Origin: Macrostomum hystrix
Lineage: Eukaryota > Animalia > Platyhelminthes
Assembly (NCBI GenBank): GCA_950097015.1
Contig: CATNEN010000001.1
Coordinates: forward strand, 4,836,001-4,900,000
Reading direction: 5' to 3'
DNA length: 64,000 bases
Position 1 is the stretch's first letter. Each line of letters starts with the position of its first letter. The notes beneath the pieces were generated by a model, which was given only the letters and a program-made list of their open reading frames with translations, did not search any database and was not told the origin of the DNA. Position numbers and translations under genes: made by a program. Positions 37,183 to 48,112 of this stretch are shown here, piece after piece.

Positions 37183-37812
37183 TTCTCTTCTCCCCTCTCT
37201 TCTCCCCTCTCTTCTCCCCTCTCTTCTCCCCTCTCCATTTCCCTCTCTTCTCCCCTCTCTTCTCCCTTCTCTTCTCCCCTCTCTTCTCCCCTCTCTTCTC
37301 CCCTCTCTTCTCCCCTCTCTTCTCCCCTCTCCATTTCCCTCTCTTCTCCCCTCTCTTCTCCCTTCTCTTCTCCCCTCTCTTCTCCCCTCTCTTCTCCCCT
37401 CTCTTCTCCCCTCTCTTCTCCCCTCTCCATTTCCATCTCTTCTCCCCTCTCTTCTCCCCTCTCCATTTCCCTCTCTTCTCCCCTCTCTATTTCCCTCTCT
37501 TCTCCCCTCTCTTCTCCCCTCTCTTCTCCCCTCTCTTCTCCCCTCTCTTCTCCCCTCTCTATTTCCCTCTCTTCTCCCCTCTCTTCTCCCCTCTCTATTT
37601 CCCTCTCTTCTCCCCTCTCTTCTCCCCTCTCTATTTCCCTCTCTTCTCCCCTCTCTTCTCCCCTCTCTTCTCCCCTCTCTATTTCCCTCTCTTCTCCCCT
37701 CTCTTCTCCCCTCTCTATTTCCCTCTCTTCTCCCCTCTCTTCTCCCCTCTCTATTTCCCTCTCTTCTCCCCTCTCCATTTCCCTCTCTTCTCCCTTCTCT
37801 TCTCCCCTCTCT
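37183..37812. repeat. Polypyrimidine 12-bp unit CTCTTCTCCCCT
   Basis: Direct reading. Confidence 0.95.
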
Positions 37813-38227
37813 ACCACTATCTGCCCAGTCTCTCAAAATCTATCAATAACAGTCTGGTACAATTGTCTACCTCCGACTAATTGTTTTCTTATGTAGCAAA
37901 ATTAATTGGGGAACATGTTTTTTGTCGCATCGCACGTACCTGATTGCGAAAATCATATCAAATATTTTTATGTACTGCTGAATATTTTGACAAATTGCTG
38001 CTCTCGTAAGAACTGAAACACACTTCATTTTGGCATCTGAACTGTTTAGTTATTGTTTTATTAATTATGTCAACAATTCGTTTCCGATATTGTTTTTCCA
38101 GTCTTTGTTTATTGCGTTTCTTAAAAGAGCTGTACAAAGTAATTCAAACGCCATTTAATGTGTAGTTCTGCAAAATTAAATGTAAACAATTAATGTACAA
38201 TGCAATTTCTTAATTTTCTTGTCCCAG

Positions 38228-38253
38228 AATAAATCTTTATTTAATTAAATAAA
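38228..38253 (+). terminator. Candidate polyadenylation signals for anosmin
   Basis: Two AATAAA hexamers (38228, 38248) at the end of an AT-rich UTR-like stretch; other sites not excluded. Confidence 0.35.
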
Positions 38254-38364
38254 CAAACAAACAATCAGAGTCTAAGCTCAGTTTTTAAGAGCAGTCAGAC
38301 TAACTCAAAAAGAAAAAAACGATACATGGGATTTGACTTCCCGTGGGATTTCAGAGTGCCTACA

Positions 38365-40120
38365 TTGTGGGATTAGTGAGTGACTTCCCCTAACCTACCC
38401 TGTGGGATTAGTGAGTGACTTCCCCTAACCTACCCTGTGGGATTAGTGAGTGACTTCCCCTACCTACCCTGTGGGATTAGTGAGTGACTTCCCCTAACCT
38501 ACCCTGTGGGATTAGTGAGTGACTTCCCCTAACCTACCATGTGGGATTAGTGAGTGACTTCCCCTACCTATCTGTGGGATTAGTGAGTGACTTCCCTAAC
38601 CTACCTGTGGGATTAGTGAGTGACTTCCCCTACCTACCCTGTGGGATTAGTGAGTGACTTCCCCTAACCTACCCTGTGGGATTAGTGAGTGACTTCCCCT
38701 AACCTACCCTGTGGGATTAGTGAGTGACTTCCCCTAACCTACCTGTGGGATTAGTGAGTGACTTCCCTAACCTACCTGTGGGATTAGTGAGTGACTTTCC
38801 CTACCTATCTATGGGATTAGTGAGTGACTTCCCCTACCTATCTGTGGGATTAGTGAGTGACTTCCCCTACCTATCTGTGGGATTAGTGAGTGACTTCCCC
38901 TAACCTACCCTGTGGGATTAGTGAGTGACTTCCCCTACCTACCTGTGGGATTAGTGAGTGACTTCCCCTAACTACCTGTGGGATTTGTGAGTGACTTCCC
39001 CTAACCTACCTGTGGGATTAGTGAGTGACTTCCCCTACCTATCTATGGGATTAGTGAGTGACTTCCCCTACCTATCTGTGGGATTAGTGAGTGACTTCCC
39101 CTACCTATCTGTGGGATTAGTGAGTGACTTCCCCTAACCTACCCTGTGGGATTAGTGAGTGACTTCCCCTACCTATCTGTGGGATTAGTGAGTGACTTCC
39201 CCTAACCGACCTGTGGGATTAGTGAGTGACTTCCCCTACCTACCCTGTGGGATTAGTGAGTGACTTCCCCTAACCTATCTGTGGGATTAGTGAGTGACTT
39301 CCCCTAACCTACCCTGTGGGATTAGCGAGTGACTTCCCCTAACCTACCTGTGGGATTAGTGAGTGACTTCCCCTAACCTACCTGTGGATTAGTGAGTGAC
39401 TTCCCCTACCTACCTGTGGGATTAGTGAGTGACTTCCCCTAACTACCCTGTGGGATTAGTGAGTGACTTCCCCTAACCTACCCTGTGGGATTAGTGAGTG
39501 ACTTCCCCTAACCTACCCTGTGGGATTAGTGAGTGACTTCCCCTACCTACCCTGTGGGATTAGTGAGTGACTTCCCCTACCTACCCTGTGGGATTAGTGA
39601 GTGACTTCCCCTAACCTACCCTGTGGGATTAGCGAGTGACTTCCCCTAACCTACCTGTGGGATTAGTGAGTGACTTCCCCTAACCTACCTGTGGATTAGT
39701 GAGTGACTTCCCCTACCTACCCTGTGGGATTAGTGAGTGACTTCCCCTAACCTATCTGTGGGATTTGTGAGTGACTTCCCCTAACCTACCCTGTGGGATT
39801 AGCGAGTGACTTCCCCTAACCTACCTGTGGGATTAGTGAGTGACTTCCCCTAACCTACCTGTGGATTAGTGAGTGACTTCCCCTACCTACCTGTGGGATT
39901 AGCGAGTGACTTCCCCTAACCTACCTGTGGGATTAGTGAGTGACTTCCCCTAACCTACCTGTGGGATTAGTTAGTGACTTCCCCTACCTACCTGTGGGAT
40001 TAGCGAGTGACTTCTCCTAACCTACCCTGTGGGATTAGCGAGTGACTTCCCCTAACTACCTGTGGGATTAGTGAGTGACTTCCCCTAATCTACCTGTGGG
40101 ATTAGTGAGTGACTTCCCTT
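38365..40120. repeat. Minisatellite, 33-35-bp unit TGTGGGATTAGTGAGTGACTTCCCCTAACCTACCC, about 50 copies
   Basis: Direct reading. Confidence 0.97.
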
Positions 40121-40579
40121 CCCTTATCCACAATATTTTGGATGTCAATTAGACAGGCGTATAGTCATAGGGGCTTCTTTGTAGTCTGTCTAGATTCCAG
40201 AACATTTTTTGGGAACACAGTTTCAAGTTAGTATTAACCGCTAGCTATTAATCATTTCTGAAGCACACGCAAGTTCCTACCAGATTTTGTCCAGTGCTTT
40301 TTAGAGCCAATCTATTGCGTGTTCCATGTTTCTCACCCTACTTAGGTGATTTATCACTAGCAGAAGCCTTGCATTGCCGATTCAACCAATCGGGACTGGA
40401 GTTTGTCAATAATCTGGATCACTTTTCTGCGATTGAGTTTGTCTTCTTTTAAAGTTTAAAAGCAAAGCAGAGTTTGAGTGCTACAAGCGCTGAGCATAAA
40501 TTTTACACCTGTTTGTTGTAGTTTTGCTAGAGCTCAGGACTAATATATCCGTGCGTAGATTGTCCAGTTAATTTCTGTG

Positions 40580-41445
40580 GTAAGTGAGTTCAAAACTTTG
40601 TTTGCAATTTCTGAAAACAGAAATTCCCCGTTTCCCAGTTCTCAAAGTCTTCCCCGTTTCCCAGTTCTCAAAATCTTCCCCATTTCCCAGTTCTCAAAGT
40701 CTTCCCCATTTCCCAATTCACAAAGTTTCCACATTTCCCAGTTCTCAAAGTCTTCCCCATTTCCCAGTTCTCAAAGTCTTCCCCATTTACCAGTTCTCAA
40801 AATCTTCCCCATTTCCCAGTTCTCAAAGTCTTCCCCATTTCCCAGTTCTCAAAATCTTCCCCATTTCCCAATTCTCAAAGTCTTCCCCAGTTCCCAGTTA
40901 TCAAAATCTTCCCCATTTCCCAATTCTCAAAGTTTCCCCATTTCCCAGTTATCAAAATCTCCCCCACTTCCTAGTTCTCAAAGTTCTCCCCATTTTCAGT
41001 TCTCAAAATCTTCCCCATTTCCCAATTCACAAAGTTTCCCCATTTCCCAGCTCTCAAAGTCTTCCCCATTTACCAGTTTTCAACATCTTCCCCATTTACC
41101 AGTTTTCAACATCTTCCCCATTTCCCAGTTCTCAAAGTTTTCCCAATTTCCCAGTTCTCAAAGTCTTCCCCATTTCCCAATTCTTCCCGTTTACCACTTG
41201 TCTAACTCCTCTGCCATACCTACAATCCATCGCCATGCAACCATACAATCAGTTGGTCTAAAAATGCCGATTGTAGCAAAAAAAGAAAAGAAATAACAAA
41301 GCATGACAAAATTGTGGGAATATATAACTTAAGTAACTCTATTCAACAACTTGTACTCAGTCTTAATGGACCAAAATTTGAGTTACTAAGTGCTTTATAC
41401 CAGTAAATTAACGATACAGTTAAACTAATATGCTCATATTTTTAG
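40580..41445 (+). other. Probable 5'UTR intron of FADF precursor gene
   Basis: GTAAGT donor at 40580; CTAAT branch at 41425 and TTTTTAG acceptor ending 41445; TATA-like TAATATAT at 40541. Confidence 0.5.
40620..41185. repeat. Minisatellite, 26-bp unit TCTTCCCCATTTCCCAGTTCTCAAAG
   Basis: Direct reading. Confidence 0.95.
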
Positions 41446-41527
41446 CAGCAAGGACTGCTAACAGACACGCGAATTCTCAACGCAGCTGCTAAGAAACACG
41501 GCTCAAACACAGCTGAGCTTAATTAAG

Positions 41528-41603
41528 ATGGGGCTGATTTCTAACAGCATCTTCGTGTCGGCTTTGCTGTTTGTTTTGCTGGCTCTGACGACTAACGCGA
41601 ACG
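41528..41603 (+). CDS. Signal-peptide exon of FADF precursor
   Basis: ATG, hydrophobic core IFVSALLFVLLAL, T-N-A cleavage-like site, consensus G|GTGAGT donor (phase 1). Confidence 0.8.
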
Positions 41604-43816
41604 GTGAGTTCCAACAATTATTGAAACTCAACTGCAGATGCGGAGAAAACTGGGTGGGAAAAATAGAGTGGGATAAAGAGAGTGGGACAAAGAGAGTGGG
41701 ATAAAGAGAGTATATAAATAGAGTGGGATAAAGAGAGTGGGATAAAGAGAGTGGGATAAAGAGAGTGGGACAAAGAGAGTGTGATAAAGAGAGTATATAA
41801 ATAGAGTGGGATAAAGAGAGTGGGATAAAGAGAGTGGGATAAAGAGAGTGGGATAAAGAGAGTGGGATAAAGAGAGTGGGATAAATAGAGTGGGATAAAG
41901 AGAGTGGGATAAAGAGAGTGGGATAAAGAGAGTGGGATAAAGAGAGTGGGATAAAGAGAGTGGGACAAAGAGAGTGGGATAAAGAGAGTATATAAATAGA
42001 GTGGGATAAAGAGAGTGGGATAAAGAGAGTGGGATAAAGAGAGTGGGACAAAGAGAGTGGGATAAAGAGAGTATATAAATAGAGTGGGATAAATAGAGTG
42101 GGATAAAGAGAGTGGGATAAATAGAGTGGGATAAATAGAGTGGGATAAAGAGAGTGGGACAAAGAGAGTGGGATAAAGAGAGTATATAAATAGAGTGGGA
42201 TAAAGAGAGTGGGATAAAGAGAGTGGGATAAAGAGAGTGGGATAAATAGAGTGGGATAAATAGGGTGGGATAAAGAGAGTGGGATAAATAGAGTGGGATA
42301 AATAGAGTGGAGAGTGAGATAAATAGAGTGGGATAAAGAGAGTGGGATAAATAGAGTGGGATAAAGAGATTGGGATAAAGAGAGTGGGATAAATAGAGTG
42401 GGATAAAGAGAGTGGGATAAATAGAGTGGGATAAAGAGAGTGGGATAAATAGAGTGGGATAAAGAGAGTGGGACGAATACAGAGGGATAAAAAGAGAGAG
42501 AGACAAATAGAGTGGGGAAGAGATGGGGTAGAAATAGAGGATAGAAAGAAAGGGTAGAAAAAGAGTTGAAAGAAACAGGGGGAGAGAAACCGAGGGGGAG
42601 AAACAAAGGGTAGAAAGAGGAGAATTGGTGGGGTGAGAAGGAGACACAGTGCGGCACAGTGTGACAGTGATTTTGTGCATAAACTGTCACTTCAATAAAG
42701 ATCACAAGGGGGCTGGTGCACCTGAGAGAGTTTTGTCTTCGGCAAGTTAAACGAACCGAATCCGTGACTTTCGAGTTGAAAATTTTGATCAGGTAGGCTT
42801 TAGGGCTCTCTGTTTTCAACATGTTGGTCTTATCAAATTAACCAGTTAAATCAGGGAAAGCATGCAGTCATGCCCAGTCTGCTTTAAAAAATAATCTAAT
42901 TTTTTCAAGTTTTCGTCTTGTTGGCGTCTAAATTGGGACATTTTGGTTCGCCGTTCAATTTACAGAGTCAGAACTGCTGGAATCTCATGCCAAGAAGCAG
43001 CAAGAACTTCTATCTGCACTTTCTTCAAAGAGATTCGCCGATTTTAACACGAAGAGATTCGCCGATTTCAAGAAAAAGAAATTCACCGATTTAAAAAAAA
43101 AGAGATTCGCAGATTTCAAGAAAAAAAGATTCACAGATTTCAAGAAAAAGAGATTCGCCGATTTCAAGAAAAAGAAATTCACCGATTTCAAGAAGAAGAG
43201 ATTCGCCGATTTCAAGAAGAAGAGATTCGCCGATTTCAAGAAGAAGAGATTCGCCGATTTCAAGAAAAAGAGATTCGCCAATTTTAAGGAGAGATTCGCC
43301 GATTTCAAGAAGAAGAGATTCGCCGATTTCAAGAAAAAGAGATTCGCCAATTTTAAGGAGAGATTCGCCGATTTCAAGAAGAAGAGATTCGCCGATTTCA
43401 AGAAGAAGAGATTCGCCGATTTCAAGAAAAAGAGATTCGCCAATTTTAAGGAGAGATTCGCCGATTTCAAGAAAAGATTCGCCGATTTCAAGAAGAGATT
43501 CGCCGATTTCAAGAAAAGATATGCCGATTTCAAGAAAAAAAGATTTGCTGATTTCAAGAAGAGATTCGCCGATTTCAAGAAAAAAAGATTCGCCGATTTC
43601 AAGAAAAAGAGATTCGCTGATTTTAAGAAAAAGAGATTCGCCGATTTAAAGGAGAGATTCGCCGATTTCAATTCGAAAAGAGTCGCCGCTTTTAGGAAGA
43701 GATTCGCCGATTTCAAGAAGAGATTCGCCGATGTAAAGAAGAGATTCGACGATTTTAAGAAAAAAAGAACAAACGATTCCATGAGAAAAAAAACCGCAGA
43801 TTTTTTCAGAATTTAG
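41528..43816 (+). CDS. Secreted multicopy FADF-peptide precursor, isoform a (308 aa)
   Basis: join(41528..41603,42966..43816), 927 nt. MGLISNSIFVSALLFVLLALTTNAN G|GTGAGT ... TTTACAG|AG gives ESELLESHAKKQQELLSALSSKR-FADFNT-KR-FADF-KKKK... about 32 units. Frame stays open, indels are multiples of 3, many synonymous variants; TAG at 43814, AATAAA at 43914. Confidence 0.8.
41660..42480. repeat. Minisatellite, 14-bp unit AGAGTGGGATAAAG (intron of FADF gene)
   Basis: Direct reading. Confidence 0.95.
42966..43816 (+). CDS. Terminal exon 2a: (KKKR-FADF)n coding repeat
   Basis: Phase-1 acceptor TTTACAG; unique spacer, then 24/21-bp coding repeats with no in-frame stop until 43814. Confidence 0.8.
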
Positions 43817-44029
43817 AGTTCTAGTTGAGCATAAATTAACGGATGATTTTGCCTACGTCAAACTTCTGCAACAAGAGATTTCGATTGTTTCAATTCTAAC
43901 TTTTACGAAGTTAAATAAATAATTTCTGAAAGATAAGAAATATGAAATACATACAGCCAGTTTTCATTTTCTATTATTGGTGCTAATTCTAAAAGAAATC
44001 TGCGATTTATAAAAACGCGGCTAGAGAGA

Positions 44030-45050
44030 GAGAGAGAAAAGGGTGAGACCATGAGAGAAGGGGTGAGACTGAGGGAAAGGGTGAGACAGCTAGGGAGAGA
44101 AATGGTGAGACAGTGAGAGAAAGGGTGAGACCATGAGAGAAAGGGTGAGACAGTGAGAGAGAAAGGGTGAGACAGCTAGGAAGAGAAAGGGTGAGACAGT
44201 GAGAGAAAGGGTGAGACCATTAGAGAAAGGGTGAGACAGTGAGAGAGAAAGGGTGAAACAGTGAGAGAAAGGGTGAGACAGCTAGGGTGAGAAAGGGTGA
44301 GACAGTGAGAGAAAGGGTGAGAAAGTGAGAGAGAAAGGGTGAGACAGCTAGGGAGAGAAAGGGTGAGACAGTGAGAGAGAAAGGGTGAGACAGCTAGGGA
44401 GAGAAAGGGTGAGACCGTGAGAGAGAAAGGGTGAGACAGCTAGGGAGAGAAAGGGTGAGACCATGAGAGAAAGGGTGAGACAGCGGGAGAGAAAGGGTGA
44501 GACAGTAAGAGAGAAAGGGTGAGACAGTGAGCGAGAAAGGGTGAGAAAGTGAGAGAGAAAGGGTGAGACCATGAGAGAAATGGTGAGACAGCGGGAGAGA
44601 AAGGGTGAGACAGTGAGAGAGAAAGGGTGAAACAGTGAGAGAAAGGGTGAGACAGCTAGGGTGAGAAAGGGTGAGACAGTGAGAGAAAGGGTGAGAAAGT
44701 GAGAGAGAAAGGGTGAGACAGCTAGGGAGAGAAAGGGTGAGACAGTGAGAGAGAAAGGGTGAGACAGCTAGGGAGAGAAAGGGTGAGACCGTGAGAGAGA
44801 AAGGGTGAGACAGCTAGGGAGAGAAAGGGTGAGACCATGAGAGAAAGGGTGAGACAGCGGGAGAGAAAGGGTGAGACAGTGAGAGAGAAAGGGTGAGACA
44901 GTGAGAGAGAAAGGGTGAGACAGTGAGAGAAAGGTTGAGACAATGAGAGAAAGGGTGAGACAGCGGGAGAGAAAGGGTGAGAGAGAAAGGGTGAGACAGT
45001 GAGAGAGAAAGGGTGAGACAGTGAGAGAAAGGGTGAGACAGTAAGAGAAG
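44030..45050. repeat. Minisatellite, about 20-24-bp unit GAGAGAAAGGGTGAGACAGT with a 374-bp higher-order duplication
   Basis: Direct reading; matching ORF-track peptides ending at 44348 and 44722. Confidence 0.95.
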
Positions 45051-45099
45051 AGGGTGTTAAAAAGAGATTTGAAAGCAGAGATTGGGATCAAGAGATTAG

Positions 45100-45260
45100 G
45101 AGGGGAGATTTCTAAGGGGTGATTTGGAAGGGGAGATTTGGAAGGGGAGATTTGGAAGGGGAGATTTGGAAGGGCAGATTTGGAAGGGGAGATTTGAAGG
45201 GGAGATTTGAAGGGGAGATTTGGAAGGGGAGATTGGAATGCGGAGATGGGGAAGACGATA
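45100..45260. repeat. Minisatellite, 14-bp unit GGGGAGATTTGGAA
   Basis: Direct reading. Confidence 0.85.
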
Positions 45261-45443
45261 TTGGAAAGGGGGGAAATTTGAAGATGAGTTTGGGAACAAG
45301 CGATTTTGAAGAGATTATCGGGAAGATATTGGGATTATAATATATTTGTTCTCAGTGGAAGATTAGGAAGACGACTTTCTAGGAAAAGTATCTAAGAAGA
45401 ACTTCTGCGCAGAACAATGTGCCCTGACACTGTTGTCCCCCAG

Positions 45444-45673
45444 GATTTGACACTGACGAATCAACTTCCGAAGTAGATCTTCAGCGGGTGACATCGCCTG
45501 AATCGAAGAGATTCACCGACTTCAAAAAGAAGAGATTCGCCGACTTCAAAAAGAAGAGATTCGCCGACTTCAAAAAGAAGAGATTCGCCGACTTCAAAAA
45601 GAAGAGATTCGCCGACTTCAAAAAGAAGAGATTCGCCGACTTTAAAAAGAAGAGATTCGCCGACTTCAAATAG
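45444..45673 (+). CDS. Alternative terminal exon 2b, open part (isoform b, about 101 aa, 7 peptide copies)
   Basis: TGTTGTCCCCCAG| (G)FDTDESTSEVDLQRVTSPESKR-FTDF-KKKR-(FADF-KKKR)5-FADFK*; phase 1, compatible with the 41603 donor. Confidence 0.6.
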
Positions 45674-48112
45674 AAGAGATTCGCCGACTTCAAAAAGAAG
45701 AGATTCGCCGACTTCAGAAAGAAGAGATTCGCCGACTTCAGAAGAAGAGATTCGCCGACTTCAAAAAGAAGAGATTCGCCGACTTCAAATAGAAGAGATT
45801 CGCCGACTTTAAAAAGAAGAGATTCGCCGACTTCAAATAGAAGAGATTCGCCGACTTCAAAAAGAAGAGATTCGCCGACTTCAGAAAGAAGAGATTCGCC
45901 GACTTCAGAAGAAGAGATTCGCCGACTTCAAAAAGAAGAGATTCGCCGACTTTAAAAAGAAGAGATTCGCCGACTTCAAATAGAAGAGATTCGCCGACTT
46001 CAAAAAGAAGAGATTCGCCGACTTCAGAAAGAAGAGATTCGCCGACTTCAAAAAGAAGAGATTCGCCGACTTCAAAAAGAAGAGATTCGCCGACTTTAAA
46101 AAGAAGAGATTCGCCGACTTCAAAAAGAAGAGATTCGCCGACTTCAAAAAGAAGAGATTCGCCGACTTTAAAAAGAAGAGATTCGCCGACTTCAAATAGA
46201 AGAGATTCGCCGACTTCAAAAAGAAGAGATTCGCCGACTTTAAAAAGAAGAGATTCGCCGACTTCAAATAGAAGAGATTCGCCGACTTCAAAAAGAAGAG
46301 ATTCGCCGACTTCAGAAAGAAGAGATTCGCCGACTTCAGAAGAAGAGATTCGCCGACTTCAAAAAGAAGAGATTCGCCGACTTCAAATAGAAGAGATTCG
46401 CCGACTTCAAATAGAAGAGACTCGCCGACTTCAAATAGAAGAGACTCGCCGACTTCAAAAAGAAGAGATTCGCCGACTTCAAATAGAAGAGATTCGCCGA
46501 CTTCAAAAAGAAGAGATTCGCCGACTTCAAAAAGAAGAGATTCGCCGACTTCAAAAAGAAGAGATTCGCCGACTTTAAAAAGAAGAGATTCGCCGACTTC
46601 AAATAGAAGAGATTCGCCGACTTCAAAAAGAAGAGATTCGCCGACTTCAGAAAGAAGAGATTCGCCGACTTCAAAAAGAAGAGATTCGCCGACTTCAAAT
46701 AGAAGAGACTCGCCGACTTCAAATAGAAGAGATTCGCCGACTTCAAAAAGAAGAGATTCGCCGACTTTAAAAAGAAGAGATTCGCCGACTTCAAATAGAA
46801 GAGATTCGCCGACTTCAGAAGAAGAGATTCGCCGACTTCAAAAAGAAGAGATTCGCCGACTTCAAATAGAAGAGATTCGCCGACTTCAAATAGAAGAGAT
46901 TCGCCGACTTCAAATAGAAGAGACTCGCCGACTTCAAAAAGAAGAGATTCGCCGACTTCAAATAGAAGAGATTCGCCGACTTCAGAAAGAAGAGATTCAC
47001 CGACTTCAGAAAGAAGAGATTCGCCGACTTCAAATAGAAAAGATTCGCCGACTTCAAAAAGAAGAGATTCGCCGAATTCAAATAGAGAAGATTCGCCGAC
47101 TTCAAATAGAAAAGATTCGCCGACTTCAAAAAGAAGAGATTCGCCGAATTCAAATAGAAAAGATTCGCCGACTTCAAATAGAAGAGATTCGCCGAATTCA
47201 AATAGAAGAGATTCGCCGACTTTAGAAGAAGAGATTCGCCGACTTCAAATAGAAAAGATTCGCCGACTTTAAATAGAAGAGATTCGCCGACTTTAAATAG
47301 AAGAGATTCGCCGACTTCAAATAGAAGAGATTCGCCGACTTTAAATAGAAGAGATTCGCCGACTTCAAATAGAAAAGATTCGCCGACTTCAAATAGAAGA
47401 GATTCGCCGAATTCAAATAGAAGAGATTCGCCGAATTCAAATAGAAGAGATTCGCCGACTTCAAAAAGAAGAGATTCGCCGACTTTAAATAGAAGAGATT
47501 CGCCGACTTCAGAAAGAAGAGATTCGCCGACTTTAAATAGAAGAGATTCGCCGACTTCAAATAGAAAAGATTCGCCGACTTCAAAAAGAAGAGATTCGCC
47601 GAATTCAAATAGAAAAGATTCGCCGACTTCAAATAGAAAAGATTCGCCGACTTCAAAAAGAAGAGATTCGCCGAATTCAAATAGAAAAGATTCGCCGACT
47701 TCAAATAGAAGAGATTCGCCGAATTCAAATAGAAGAGATTCGCCGACTTTAGAAGAAGAGATTCGCCGACTTCAAATAGAAAAGATTCGCCGACTTTAAA
47801 TAGAAGAGATTCGCCGACTTTAAATAGAAGAGATTCGCCGACTTCAAATAGAAGAGATTCGCCGACTTTAAATAGAAGAGATTCGCCGACTTCAAATAGA
47901 AAAGATTCGCCGACTTCAAATAGAAGAGATTCGCCGAATTCAAATAGAAGAGATTCGCCGAATTCAAATAGAAGAGATTCGCCGACTTCAAAAAGAAGAG
48001 ATTCACCGACTTTAAATAGAAGAGATTCGCCGACTTCAGAAAGAAGAGATTCGCCGACTTTAAATAGAAGAGATTCGCCGACTTCAGAAAGAAGAGATTC
48101 GCCGATTTTTAG
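45674..48112 (+). pseudogene. Expanded, stop- and frameshift-interrupted remainder of exon 2b (about 100 x 24-bp units)
   Basis: Unit AGATTCGCCGACTTCAAAAAGAAG with frequent AAATAGAAG variant and occasional 22-bp units; ends GCC GAT TTT TAG at 48112; AATAAA at 48377. Confidence 0.6.

Noticed and set aside
43942-44012. MKYIQPVFIF / LLLVLILKEIC could be a frameshifted second signal peptide for exon 2b
   Set aside because: Requires a frameshift and has no GT donor after it.
45660-48112. Reassignment of TAG as a sense codon
   Set aside because: Frameshifting units co-occur, exon 2a appears to end at TAG, and no in-frame TAG occurs in the anosmin or YAP exons.
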